DNA of 64,000 nt from the NCBI GenBank assembly GCA_964349045.1, contig CAYGFI010000005.1, positions 5,564-69,563 on the forward strand, given 5' to 3'. Positions 19,774 to 29,711 of the stretch are shown here, piece by piece (within the stretch, counting starts at the first letter, position 1; the number at the start of each line of letters is the position of its first letter). Under the pieces are notes generated by a model, which saw only the letters and a list, made by a program, of their open reading frames with translations, was not told the origin of the DNA and ran no database searches. Position numbers and translations under genes: made by a program. This stretch comes from an uncultured Chitinophaga sp. GTDB taxonomy: Bacteria; Bacteroidota; Bacteroidia; Bacteroidales; GCA-2748055.

Positions 19774-19928
19774 AATAGTATCTTTTTAACAATTTAGTTT
19801 AATAATAATTCATTGCATGATTAGAATGCAAACCATGTCTGCATTATCAACAATATAACAACCACTTGTTCATGTTCTAAGGATAAAGATGCTTTCAATG
19901 AAGCTCCCGGATACATGAGGTAAAACTA

Positions 19929-19958
19929 AGTGTCTTCTCCTTGCCAGGAGAAGGCACT
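19929..19958 (-). terminator. Candidate terminator hairpin downstream of the PKD lipoprotein gene
   Basis: 12-bp stem AGTGTCTTCTCC / GGAGAAGGCACT with one mismatch and loop TTGCCA. On the minus strand it is followed by a weak T-rich run (TAGTTTTA). Confidence 0.4.
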
Positions 19959-20007
19959 CAATTAGTTTACAGGCAGTCTTTTATCAGAATGATGTCGTAC
20001 GAAGTAT

Positions 20008-20862
20008 TTACAGTGGAAATTGGATAAATTGGGAATCACCAGCCTGATTAACGGGTATAGATCCGATCTGACTCCAGCCGCCATCACTTTCCACAATCGC
20101 AAAATTCACTAACTTGTTAAGGGTTCCAAGCCCATCTCTCTTTATTGCAAACTCAATTGCTTTATTTCCATCGTTATTATTAAATTCTGAGAAATTAATA
20201 ACATCCCCAAAAGTGAAAACCGGATTCCAACTCCAGTCATTACCGGGGCCAACATGTGCATAAACATCACCCCAACCATAAGCTACGGAACCTTCACACA
20301 GGAAATCTGCCCCTGAACCGGCCGGATACATCCAGCTTTTTAATCCTGTTTCCGGATTATTATCGGAATCAAGGTATAAGTCAATAACCGCAAGGTTAAA
20401 ATCGGAAGTCCCTTCCAGGTAGAAATTCAGGTAACCGGCTGAAGCAAATGTCTTAATAGCGAGAAGTGTGCCTCCCGTGCCTGCTTCATTTTCGTGGGTA
20501 TATTCCACATATGCCCAGTCTGTGAAATCACCATCAATTTTAATATTCGGTCCTATTATTAAAACTGTATCTGTAAAAGTGCTTGTAACGTCCTGGTTCA
20601 TGGCGTTCAAGGTAACAAGAAATTGCCCTTTCTTCGGGAACACATGAAGCGGATTAGCCATTGTAGAACCTTCACTTTCGTCTCCAAAGTCCCATTCATA
20701 ACTGGTTGCGTTGGTTGAAAAGTTAGTGAAATTCACCTTAAATCCATCAGCGATATAGCTGAATACTGCTTTAGTGGTATCGGAAGTATCGTCCTTTTCA
20801 CATGAAAGAACAATAAATAGCGATAAAACTGTACCCAATAAAATCCATTTAATTTTTTTCAT
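20008..20862 (-). CDS. PKD-domain surface lipoprotein (SusE/F-position glycan-binding candidate)
   Basis: 284 aa with lipobox VLSCEKDD. A PKD signature is present (FTNFSTNATSYEWDFGDES...VTLNA). The C-terminal domain begins IKIDGDFTDW. Confidence 0.6.
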   Translation of the reverse strand: MKKIKWILLGTVLSLFIVLSCEKDDTSDTTKAVFSYIADGFKVNFTNFSTNATSYEWDFGDESEGSTMANPLHVFPKKGQFLVTLNAMNQDVTSTFTDTVLIIGPNIKIDGDFTDWAYVEYTHENEAGTGGTLLAIKTFASAGYLNFYLEGTSDFNLAVIDLYLDSDNNPETGLKSWMYPAGSGADFLCEGSVAYGWGDVYAHVGPGNDWSWNPVFTFGDVINFSEFNNNDGNKAIEFAIKRDGLGTLNKLVNFAIVESDGGWSQIGSIPVNQAGDSQFIQFPL

Positions 20863-20914
20863 ATCGTTCAGTGTTTTAATCGTTAGTTATTAAGTTAATA
20901 AACCCATGTTTAAG

Positions 20915-22282
20915 TTACTTTGCAGCAATTTTTAGCTGGTGTTTTAAATTATTCAATCCGCTTGTCTGGTCCCAGGTATCGGTATTTGCCAGTCGGATCA
21001 TGTATTCAATTCTGTTTTTCAGGGATTCCGATTGATCAGTAATCTCGAGATACAGATCATAATCGCCCTGAGGAATTCCTGTTAATTTTAAAAGTTTATT
21101 TATTGTAAGTAATCCATTCGGTTTACAGTCGCGTATATCGACAGGCAATTCAATCCTGTAATTAGTACCTGATGTAGTGTTTTTAAATACCAGGTTAGTG
21201 ATTTTATAGTTATAAAGTGGCGCATAACCCTTGTTAGTCAGGGAGAATTCAAATATATAATCCAATCCTTCTGTTACTTGCTTAGGAAATTTGGCATTCA
21301 CCAGAACCAACCTGTACCCAAGATTTCGCTGGAACTCATTAAAGCATCCTGCATTTCTCCATACATTAAGTACCGGTTGATACCAATCGAGGTTGAGATA
21401 AGTCCACTTTAAGAGCTTCATTTCGTTCTGGCCTGTAATGCATCCCGGGTATTCTCCTACCGGAGGGCAGGTTTCACCACCTGTAGGAACAAAAAGAGCC
21501 TCCTGACTAATGTAGTATTTATCTGCCTCGATATTGGAATAAGTTCCATAATCAGTACCTCCGGCAAGGAAGCAATCATTATGATGTCCAATTCTGGCAC
21601 TGTAATCGCCGGTATACGCTATGGAAGCATCTAAAGGAGCTATTGACTCAACAATCTGCTGTTTTGCTCCCGGTGTGCGAACCTGAACCATTATTTCGAC
21701 AGGTAAAACACTGAGAAGTTTGTAAAGAAATTCTCTTTCGTTTTCTATGGTTGCGAGACCGTTGCTCGAGCTGTGCCATTCGCCCCAGGCGCCAATGAAT
21801 CCGGCCTGCATAAACGCAATTACATCCTTGTTTTGTTCGAAAACAGGTTGAAGCTGATCGAGATGTTGTTTAATAACAGCCAAAGAAGCGTCTGTACCGC
21901 TCATATCATCGGTATATCCAAAGCGTAAAATACATTTCATGCCGGCTTCACGAAGTATATTCATGTCGGTTATTATCAGCTGGAGTTGATTTTCGCTGAT
22001 AGCTTGTTCTTTAAAATTTTCAAGGTAATAGAACCTGTGCACCAAAGTAATATTAAAATCTTTTTGAGATTTAAGCCATACCAGGTTCAGGTTATTTCCT
22101 TCGGAATGGACTTCCGCAAAATGCATAAAACCCCTTTCCGGATTCGGAAAGATATCCAGAGACTGCTCATATTGAATGGTGCTAATATTCTTATTTGCAT
22201 CCTCTCCATCTGGTTTATTACAACCAGTAATAAAAGAAAACAATATGCACACAAGGAATAAATAAAACAGATATTTCACCAT
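20915..22282 (-). CDS. DUF4874/DUF4832-type putative glycoside hydrolase lipoprotein
   Basis: 455 aa with lipobox ITGCNK. The motifs NPERGFMHF, GFIGAWGEWHSS and HHNDCF are those I associate with the DUF4874 plus DUF4832 TIM-barrel-like family. Confidence 0.5.
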   Translation of the reverse strand: MVKYLFYLFLVCILFSFITGCNKPDGEDANKNISTIQYEQSLDIFPNPERGFMHFAEVHSEGNNLNLVWLKSQKDFNITLVHRFYYLENFKEQAISENQLQLIITDMNILREAGMKCILRFGYTDDMSGTDASLAVIKQHLDQLQPVFEQNKDVIAFMQAGFIGAWGEWHSSSNGLATIENEREFLYKLLSVLPVEIMVQVRTPGAKQQIVESIAPLDASIAYTGDYSARIGHHNDCFLAGGTDYGTYSNIEADKYYISQEALFVPTGGETCPPVGEYPGCITGQNEMKLLKWTYLNLDWYQPVLNVWRNAGCFNEFQRNLGYRLVLVNAKFPKQVTEGLDYIFEFSLTNKGYAPLYNYKITNLVFKNTTSGTNYRIELPVDIRDCKPNGLLTINKLLKLTGIPQGDYDLYLEITDQSESLKNRIEYMIRLANTDTWDQTSGLNNLKHQLKIAAK

Positions 22283-22406
22283 TATAAGGTATTAGTTTTT
22301 GAAGGCGCTCCTGAATTTATTACGATTAACCTGTATTAAATTTTAAATATTTACCGGGTCATTAATAAGATTTCCTGGCAGAATGTTTATCTATCTTTCA
22401 GTTTAA

Positions 22407-22447
22407 GGAAGCAGGAAGAAAACACGAAATGTTAAAATCCTGCTTCC
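22407..22447 (-). other. Intra-operon stem-loop just downstream of susD-like gene
   Basis: Perfect 10-bp inverted repeat GGAAGCAGGA / TCCTGCTTCC separated by 21 nt. No clear U-tract follows. Confidence 0.35.
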
Positions 22448-22455
22448 TCACACAA

Positions 22456-23925
22456 TTAGTTATAACCTGGATTTTGCAGGAACAATCCCTTTCCTTCACT
22501 TATGTTCTGTAAGGAGAATGGAAATACTAATTTATAATCGTTGGCATAGGTCGACAATGTTTGTTCTATACAACGCGACACCAGCTTTCCATGTCTTATA
22601 AGATCAGCACGATATTGTCCGTTTTCGCACCAGTATTCATGACTTCGTTCAATAAGGATCAAATCATTAAAAGCATCAGGATCGCTATAATCCGCCAGCA
22701 ATTTATCTTCCAGGCCTGCCCTCCTGCGAATAACATTAACCAGTTCCATTGCTTCAGCATCAGGTCCTGTCAGGTTATTGATAGCTTCGGCTTTTGACAA
22801 CAAAACATCCGCATATCTGTATTGAATAATGTCGACTGTAGATAAACCTGTAGTTCTGGCATCATCCTGATTCATTTTTAAGGGAATCGGGCCCAGGTCA
22901 ATATTTGTACCCGGATTGCTTCTGTTATAAACAATTCCATCTGAACCTGTATATTCGGCTATTAACATGGTTTTTCTTAAATCAGCAGGTTCAAATGAAT
23001 CATAAAAGTACCAGGTGCTCTGAACAGTTGACCAGCCTCCCCAGGTAGCAGGATAGTTCGAAGGCAGCACCATGAGTTGCCATTGATTTTCGCTGGTTCC
23101 ATCATAGTCGCACGGAATTGCCCAGATAACTTCTTTACTGCTTCTTGCACCATTAAGTCCCCACATACCCACATAGTCGTCTTCAATCTCGTAGTAACCC
23201 ATTTGAATGATTTCATCGCAGAGGGTTTTGACTTTACCCCATTTTTTCTCGTGCAGATTTAATCGTACCTGAACCATTTTCGCAAGTCCTTTACTAAACC
23301 TGCCGTACTCAACTGCATCAGGGGCAGGCAGATCAATTGCAGCAGCGATGAGATCGTTTTCAATAAACGCCACCATTTCTTCATTCGTTAGTCTCGCCAG
23401 AGGCTTTTCTTCCATGGGTTTTTTCAACACTTCAATAGGAGCAATCACGATAGGCCCATATAGGTCGAATAAGTCATAAGCAAGAAGTCCGCGGGCACAA
23501 CGAACCTCAGCAATAGCGTTCTTTTTGAGTTCATCGCTTACCTTTGATTCGTTAATCAGATCGATAGTAAGCGTCATACGACTAATCTTATTGTAAAACC
23601 TATCATAGAAATACGTAACCCCTGTATTGGTAGGATAAAAATTAAGCAGATGTGCATCCAGTTGAACACCGTATTTCCCTGAAAGGATCTCAGTGGTAGC
23701 GTCACAAACAAACATAAGTCCTCTTTCGGAAGTTGAATTAATACCATCCCACCATGCTCCCCTTAACGGGTAATAGCAGGCGTTAACCATTGCCTGTATA
23801 TCGGCTTCCGATTGAGGGAATATACTTGGATTAATTTCCGAATAATCAATAGGTTCCAGATCCTTAGTACACCCACCCAGGATGAGGGCTGATGCTATAC
23901 AAATCATTATTTTTTTCATTTTCAT
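22456..23925 (-). CDS. SusD/RagB family nutrient-binding outer-membrane lipoprotein
   Basis: 489 aa with lipobox LGGCTKD. TPR-like SusD features are present and it lies immediately downstream of a SusC-type gene. Confidence 0.85.
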   Translation of the reverse strand: MKMKKIMICIASALILGGCTKDLEPIDYSEINPSIFPQSEADIQAMVNACYYPLRGAWWDGINSTSERGLMFVCDATTEILSGKYGVQLDAHLLNFYPTNTGVTYFYDRFYNKISRMTLTIDLINESKVSDELKKNAIAEVRCARGLLAYDLFDLYGPIVIAPIEVLKKPMEEKPLARLTNEEMVAFIENDLIAAAIDLPAPDAVEYGRFSKGLAKMVQVRLNLHEKKWGKVKTLCDEIIQMGYYEIEDDYVGMWGLNGARSSKEVIWAIPCDYDGTSENQWQLMVLPSNYPATWGGWSTVQSTWYFYDSFEPADLRKTMLIAEYTGSDGIVYNRSNPGTNIDLGPIPLKMNQDDARTTGLSTVDIIQYRYADVLLSKAEAINNLTGPDAEAMELVNVIRRRAGLEDKLLADYSDPDAFNDLILIERSHEYWCENGQYRADLIRHGKLVSRCIEQTLSTYANDYKLVFPFSLQNISEGKGLFLQNPGYN

Positions 23926-23948
23926 ATCTTTTCTTTTTAACAGGTTTA

Positions 23949-26900
23949 TTAGAATGTGATATTCAATCCCATTGTATAGGTTTTAACATTGGGATAGGCG
24001 GCAGTATAAGAATCCGTTTCAGGATCAACTCCTGTATAAGGAGTAAGCACGAAAAGGTTCTGTGCACCTATGTGAATATTGGCTTCCTGTAAAATTCCAC
24101 CAAACCATTTATGTGGAAGGTTATATCCGAGGGAGACATTTTGCAGCCTGACAAACCATGCGTCTTGCAGAAAGAAATCTCCTCCACCGTAGGGTGACCA
24201 TCCATAGTACGAACTAGGATGAGTAGTTGAAGGGTTCGTAGGAGTCCAACGGTCTTTTACGGTTTTAAGTGCATTATAACCATAAGTATAAATTCCTTCA
24301 GCGCTGACACCATAAACTGCATAATTGGGATCAGCCAGTTTACGACCAAACATTCCGTTTATGTCGATATTTAAACTAAAGTTCTTATAGGTGAATATAT
24401 TGGTAAAGCCTACAATTAAGCTGGGATCGGATGTTCCCAGTAATTTTGTATCGGCATCATCAATAATTCCATCTGGTTTTCCCATCCTTAAAAAAAGGCC
24501 GTTTTCATCAACCACCGGGTTTCCAAGGTTATCGCGCTCGTACCCATCAATGTCTGCGATTTTAATAGATCCCGGTTTAAGTTCCGGCTGGGAAGGAATA
24601 ACTTCTCCGGTTTGCATTATGCCATCGGATACCCTGGAATACATAGCCCGGATCGGATCGTCAATACTTTGATATACAGCAGGTTTCCAGTCATCAGCTC
24701 TCTTCAGCCAATTATCTTTAAACCTTGAGAAAGTGGCCAGTGTTTTCCATTGAAAATTATCCTGTTTCACATTGTGTGTGATGACAGTAAATTCAAAACC
24801 CTGACTCTGTGTTTCACCAACGTTTGCCATAACTCCATTTATTTCATGATAGGAATTAATTGGCTTCCAGGCAAGCAGATCCGAAATCACCCTTTGGTAA
24901 ATTTCCAATGAACCATTAATCCTATCCTTAAATAAACTATAATCAATTCCAAAATTGGCTTCTGTGGTAGTTTCCCATTTCAGATCAGGATTCTCCAACC
25001 TCGACAGGGAAACACCGATATTTTTCACTTCATCGCCTGAGAGATATGCCGGATAAGCGCTATAGGCAGCAAAAGCATTGCTTCCGATTGATGCATTACC
25101 GGTTTCTCCATAGCTCAACCTGAGCTTTAACTGGGACACCACACTTTTCATTTCTGTGAAAAACGATTCCTCGGCAATATTCCAGCCAACTGCTACTGAT
25201 GGGAATGTTCCCCACTTATTATTTCTTGCAAAAACACTGGCGCCATCTGTACGAATTGTAAAGGTGAAAAGGTATCTGTCATTAAAAATGTAATTTAACC
25301 GTCCGAAATAGGATGCGATCAGATTCTCCTGACCTGAGGATGATACACTTTTTGTACCGCTTCCGGAGTTTAAATTATTCCAGAGGAAAGCATCCGAAAT
25401 AAAACCTGTATTACCACTGCTGCTAAAACCATCAACAAATTTTTCTTTCGAAACCCCTGCTAATAGATTAAAGCTGTGTCCGCTACTAAAAACCTTTGAA
25501 TAATTGGTTGTTCCTTCTATCAGATAATCATTTTTATCAATTTCCGAAATAGAAGCTTTACCATTTTCAAGTGCGCCATGTAAAGTAGTTTTGGGAAGGT
25601 ATGTCCACCTGTTGGTGAGGCCCCTGTCCATGCCTGCTTTAAGTTTTATTACCAGGCCTTTTACGGGTGTGAAATCCATAAATGTATTTACCATTGTTCT
25701 TTCAACTCTTCCTAAATCAGTGATTGTAAGCAAGGAATAAGGATTTGGCTGAAGTGATAATTGTGGATTTAACGGATAATTCCCGTCATCATCAATAGCC
25801 CTGATGTGAGGTCCTTGCTGTATAGCCGCCCTTATGATTCCTGAGTTTTCATACTGGTCGCCACCCAGTGAGCTATTGGTGTTATCAATACGGCTGGCTG
25901 AAAAATTGAACCCTAGTTTTAAATACTTATTTAAATCCTGATCAATATTTCCCCTGACAGTATACCTGTCGAATCCCGAATTTTTAATTACACCCTGATG
26001 ATTGTAATAGTTTCCGGACAAGAGGAATCTTGTAGCCTTGTTTCCTCCGGCAACTGAAATATTATGTTGTTGGATTGTCCCGTCGCGGGTTACCAGTTCT
26101 AACCAATCTGTTCCTCTTCCAACGTTATTAATAGCATTTTGGGTATAAAGCTTATAAAAATCGCCTCCTACCGGGTTAGCTTTAGCTTCATCGAGGGTTC
26201 TTGATCCCCAGGGAGTAACATTGTTACTAAAAAGCCATTGTTCCCATGCAGCTTCATTACGAACCTGCATCCACTCATTAAGAGGGAGGACATCAAATTG
26301 ATCATTATACCTTTGAAGTGCATATGATGTTGAGTATTGTACAATTGGTTTACCTTCCATTCCTCTTTTTGTTGTAATCAGGATAACCCCATGAGCAGCC
26401 CTTGATCCATAGATTGATGTAGCGCTTGCATCTTTCAGCACTTCTACAGACTCAATGTCATTTGGATTGAATGAACCCAGGATACTTTGTGTCCCTGCCT
26501 GATACCTGCCACCACTAGCGGGCTGCAGCAATTCAGTAATTGGAAAACCATCAACAACTATCAGTGGTGCGTTACTTGCATTTATCGAACCTGCTCCTCT
26601 CACAAGAATATCAATACCACCTCCTGGTTGCGCACTGTTTTCCCTAATCATAAGCCCGGCTGCCTTTCCTTTAAGCAAATGTCCAATGTCGGAGTTGGAT
26701 GACAGATTGATATCGGCTGTTTTTACTGATGAAATAGCCCCTGTTAAATCTCTCTTTTTCATTTTCCCATATCCGACAACTACCAATTCAGATAATGATT
26801 GTATATCAGAAATAAGAATTACATCAACAACTGAGGAATTTCCAATGGTTACTTCCTGAGGAACATAACCAATGAAAGAAATAACCAGAATCAGAGCATC

Positions 26901-27167
26901 ATCAGGTACTGTTAATTTGTAATTGCCGTTAACATCAGTTATTGTTCCGATTGTAGTACCTTTAACTGTAACATTTGCTCCTGTTAAAGGGTCGCCGTTT
27001 TCATCCGTAATTTTCCCGGTGATAGTCCTTTCAATATAAGATTTATTCCTTTCATTATTTTTCTTTTCTCCCGATACTGTCGCGGCATAACTGCGCGTAC
27101 TGAGAAAAATTGCACAAACCAAAACAAGGATAATGGCTTTATGCATGGTTTTTAGTAGTTTCATCAT
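23949..27167 (-). CDS. SusC/RagA family TonB-dependent outer-membrane transporter
   Basis: 1072 aa with a CarboxypepD_reg-like N-domain (ITGKITDENGDPLTGANVTVKG) and a TonB box/plug region (SELVVVGYG). The C-terminus ends in ...GLNITF. Confidence 0.9.
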   Translation of the reverse strand: MMKLLKTMHKAIILVLVCAIFLSTRSYAATVSGEKKNNERNKSYIERTITGKITDENGDPLTGANVTVKGTTIGTITDVNGNYKLTVPDDALILVISFIGYVPQEVTIGNSSVVDVILISDIQSLSELVVVGYGKMKKRDLTGAISSVKTADINLSSNSDIGHLLKGKAAGLMIRENSAQPGGGIDILVRGAGSINASNAPLIVVDGFPITELLQPASGGRYQAGTQSILGSFNPNDIESVEVLKDASATSIYGSRAAHGVILITTKRGMEGKPIVQYSTSYALQRYNDQFDVLPLNEWMQVRNEAAWEQWLFSNNVTPWGSRTLDEAKANPVGGDFYKLYTQNAINNVGRGTDWLELVTRDGTIQQHNISVAGGNKATRFLLSGNYYNHQGVIKNSGFDRYTVRGNIDQDLNKYLKLGFNFSASRIDNTNSSLGGDQYENSGIIRAAIQQGPHIRAIDDDGNYPLNPQLSLQPNPYSLLTITDLGRVERTMVNTFMDFTPVKGLVIKLKAGMDRGLTNRWTYLPKTTLHGALENGKASISEIDKNDYLIEGTTNYSKVFSSGHSFNLLAGVSKEKFVDGFSSSGNTGFISDAFLWNNLNSGSGTKSVSSSGQENLIASYFGRLNYIFNDRYLFTFTIRTDGASVFARNNKWGTFPSVAVGWNIAEESFFTEMKSVVSQLKLRLSYGETGNASIGSNAFAAYSAYPAYLSGDEVKNIGVSLSRLENPDLKWETTTEANFGIDYSLFKDRINGSLEIYQRVISDLLAWKPINSYHEINGVMANVGETQSQGFEFTVITHNVKQDNFQWKTLATFSRFKDNWLKRADDWKPAVYQSIDDPIRAMYSRVSDGIMQTGEVIPSQPELKPGSIKIADIDGYERDNLGNPVVDENGLFLRMGKPDGIIDDADTKLLGTSDPSLIVGFTNIFTYKNFSLNIDINGMFGRKLADPNYAVYGVSAEGIYTYGYNALKTVKDRWTPTNPSTTHPSSYYGWSPYGGGDFFLQDAWFVRLQNVSLGYNLPHKWFGGILQEANIHIGAQNLFVLTPYTGVDPETDSYTAAYPNVKTYTMGLNITF

Positions 27168-27343
27168 AGGTAGTAGTTTAGGATAATTAATTTAAAACTT
27201 ATTTTTATCAAAAATGACAGATTAAGCTAATAAATATTTTACCAGGATTTTACAAAATGAAAAAAATAAATGAACCTTTTGTTTCTATATTTTTTAAATT
27301 CTACAGTTGTATTGTCGAATGGAAGGCAATGGATAAATTCAAA

Positions 27344-27363
27344 TTGCGTTTACGTTAACGCAA
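27344..27363. promoter_or_regulatory. Candidate LacI-family operator upstream of the SusC/SusD operon
   Basis: TTGCGTTTACGTTAACGCAA is a 20-bp palindrome with 9 of 10 half-site matches and a central CG. It lies 177 bp upstream of the SusC start. The same 25 nt (TTGCGTTTACGTTAACGCAAATATA) recur at 32383. Confidence 0.55.
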
Positions 27364-27442
27364 ATATAGCTGAAATAATCTATTTTCCAAATATTCTCAA
27401 TGCTTTTTTCATTCGTATATAATTTATTTTAATGGTCTGGCT

Positions 27443-27473
27443 GCCTGTCAAGCTTCAGCGGGAGAACCCCCAT
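27443..27473. repeat. Short GC-rich intergenic repeat element, copy 1
   Basis: GCCTGTCAAGCTTCAGCGGGAGAACCCCCAT resembles 29636-29666. It is followed by the 10-bp direct repeats TGTTTTCATT (27485-27494 and 27523-27532), which flank the perfect hairpin TCCCGA-TAAA-TCGGGA (27500-27515). Confidence 0.5.
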
Positions 27474-27653
27474 GTTGCTGATTTTGTTTTCATTGTGTTT
27501 CCCGATAAATCGGGACAAGTTGTGTTTTCATTACATGGTGATTTCATCGTCCAAGTATTTAATTTTTCAATATTTAAAAAGGAAGCTTGGTGTTACTTCC
27601 TTGTACCCCTAAGTCCACTATCGACTCCGAAAAAGCAATCCATTTCTGTCTGC

Positions 27654-28658
27654 TCAAATGTACCATAGATTTAGATATTCAAGGACAATTTCTTTCATTT
27701 TCATAAAAATAATATCCTGTCTGTAAACGGTAGTATAGTGACTAAGGGAGGGACTTCCTGTTCTATTGACATGTTCACCAATAAGACCGTCAGAAAACAT
27801 TCTCAAAGCTTTTTCAGCTCCTGTAATTTTTACTGTATTTTTAATCATCTCTTCCAAAAGAAATGGTGTGCTGTCTCTTTCAAGAGATGTCCAGATATTA
27901 ACTTTTGCGATACCATCCCTGAAAAGATTAATTATCTGATCATTTCCAACTGAAGATGTACCATGTAAAACCAACTTTGGACCCGTTTTTCCACTTATCT
28001 TCCTGGCCAGTTCATCGTGATATTTTAAATCTGCCTGGCTTGCTCTATGCTCAGTTCCAAGATTGGCTACAATAAAATCTGCCCGGGTTTCAGTCAGGTA
28101 TTTTAAGGCAAGCGCCGGAGTGGTAAGCTGACTTTTATCATCTCCTGTGGCATCCACAATTTCATCACATGCACCTTCAATAACTATCTTATCTCCATTC
28201 CTTTCAACAAATGCTGCTGTTTTGGCGATATTCTCTTCGAATGGCAGTGCAGATGCATCATACATAATCATTGAAAAACGGTTCATATCCCATTGAAGCA
28301 AAGGCTCATCCAGGTCCCACTGGGTGTGATCAAGATGAATCATTACCTTTAATCTTTCAAATGGTGAACCCTTAGCTGTCAGGACTTCTATATCTGCAAG
28401 GAAAAGCTTTAACCCGATGTCCCAGAGTTTTGTATGAGTATAGTTAACCGATTGACTGCGATGACTGTATTGGTTTGTAATAGCAATGGTAATTGGAATA
28501 TCAGGTTGATTGATTTTTTTACTATACTCCAGGGTAGCTGCCAAAATGGCTTCAGTTGTAGTAAGGTTTTCAGTTCCAAATGCAGGAATTACCCATCTTC
28601 TCCGGGCCGCATCTGAATAGATCTCCAATACATGATTTCTTTCAAGAATCAGTGGCAT
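27654..28658 (-). CDS. Class II (metal-dependent) ketose-bisphosphate aldolase family protein
   Basis: 334 aa with VIPAFGTENLTTTEA, HLDH, MYDAS, LGTEHR and LVLHGTS, the colinear signatures of the class II FBA/tagatose-bisphosphate aldolase family. No signal peptide. Confidence 0.65.
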   Translation of the reverse strand: MPLILERNHVLEIYSDAARRRWVIPAFGTENLTTTEAILAATLEYSKKINQPDIPITIAITNQYSHRSQSVNYTHTKLWDIGLKLFLADIEVLTAKGSPFERLKVMIHLDHTQWDLDEPLLQWDMNRFSMIMYDASALPFEENIAKTAAFVERNGDKIVIEGACDEIVDATGDDKSQLTTPALALKYLTETRADFIVANLGTEHRASQADLKYHDELARKISGKTGPKLVLHGTSSVGNDQIINLFRDGIAKVNIWTSLERDSTPFLLEEMIKNTVKITGAEKALRMFSDGLIGEHVNRTGSPSLSHYTTVYRQDIIFMKMKEIVLEYLNLWYI

Positions 28659-28718
28659 ATTATTTTTCTTTTTTTTTGTTTAATCTGATTAATGTTTAAT
28701 AACCGGTAAGTTAAATAA

Positions 28719-29588
28719 TCACAATGTTTCCTGTACTATTTTCCATTTACATTCCCAACTGAATACTTTGTCAGGTTCAACACTTAGGTAGACGCCGTCA
28801 TTATATGTGGACTCAAGGTTTGAATTGGTTCCGGGAACCGGTTCAAATGCGCATTCGCATCTTTCAAGCCCTTGCTCAGCAGGATATCCGGAATTATTCC
28901 ACCAGACCCCAAGTGTAGGAAATACCTTATGATCAAAACTCATCTTAAGTTTCAGTTTATTTTGATAACTCAGGATAATGAAACCATCATTCAGCTCACT
29001 CAGAAACAGCATTTGGAAATTTCCGGGTTTGATCTTCAACAGCTGATCATTTAGATCTGATGAATTAACAATCGATGTGAGTTTTAAATTCTCTCTTTCA
29101 AAAACAGTTTTAAATCCAGGAACATCAACCTTTGTAATATCACCCAAGGGCATTAATGGATGAATTACATGAATAAAGTCCAATGATTTTCCGGTCTTAT
29201 TTTCGATATCAAATTTCCAGTTAACTGAAGATTTTAAAAATTCAAGTGTCCTGGTAAATCTTACATTTGGCTCATCGCATTCTGTCGAACAGATGAGTCT
29301 ATGACCTTCCACCTTTACATCCCATTTCAGCCAGCATAATTGACCATGGTCGCGGATAAAAAAGTTTTCAACCGGATGTTTGCAGGCTGAAACCGAAGGA
29401 AAACAATCATCGTATCCATATACCGGTCTCGTTTCGTACTCTCCATAATCCTTAACGGGAGCCTTAAAAGCAAGTGGTTTGGTTGTCAGCAAATCAAATC
29501 CCGCGTACCTTAACACAGATATTCTGGCTCCATCATCGGGTATGCATTCAATCTGCCAGTCTTCGAAATTTATATTTATTGTTTTCAT
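28719..29588 (-). CDS. Aldose 1-epimerase (galactose mutarotase-like) family protein
   Basis: 289 aa with GARISVL, YGYDDCFP, DHGQLCW and FEPVPG, which resemble the mutarotase-like fold motifs. No signal peptide. Confidence 0.45.
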   Translation of the reverse strand: MKTININFEDWQIECIPDDGARISVLRYAGFDLLTTKPLAFKAPVKDYGEYETRPVYGYDDCFPSVSACKHPVENFFIRDHGQLCWLKWDVKVEGHRLICSTECDEPNVRFTRTLEFLKSSVNWKFDIENKTGKSLDFIHVIHPLMPLGDITKVDVPGFKTVFERENLKLTSIVNSSDLNDQLLKIKPGNFQMLFLSELNDGFIILSYQNKLKLKMSFDHKVFPTLGVWWNNSGYPAEQGLERCECAFEPVPGTNSNLESTYNDGVYLSVEPDKVFSWECKWKIVQETL

Positions 29589-29635
29589 GAGAAAATATTT
29601 GAGCTATGTTATTGTATATTAAGTTGTTTCTCATA

Positions 29636-29666
29636 GCCTGTCCCGCTTGAGCGGGAGAACCCTCAT
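29636..29666. repeat. Short GC-rich intergenic repeat element, copy 2
   Basis: GCCTGTCCCGCTTGAGCGGGAGAACCCTCAT includes the perfect hairpin TCCCGC-TTGA-GCGGGA (29641-29656). AACCCTCAT (29658-29666) pairs with ATGAGGGTT (29700-29708). Confidence 0.5.
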
Positions 29667-29711
29667 ATATTTTCATGTCCTTGTTGTGTACATCAGTGCA
29701 TGAGGGTTTCA

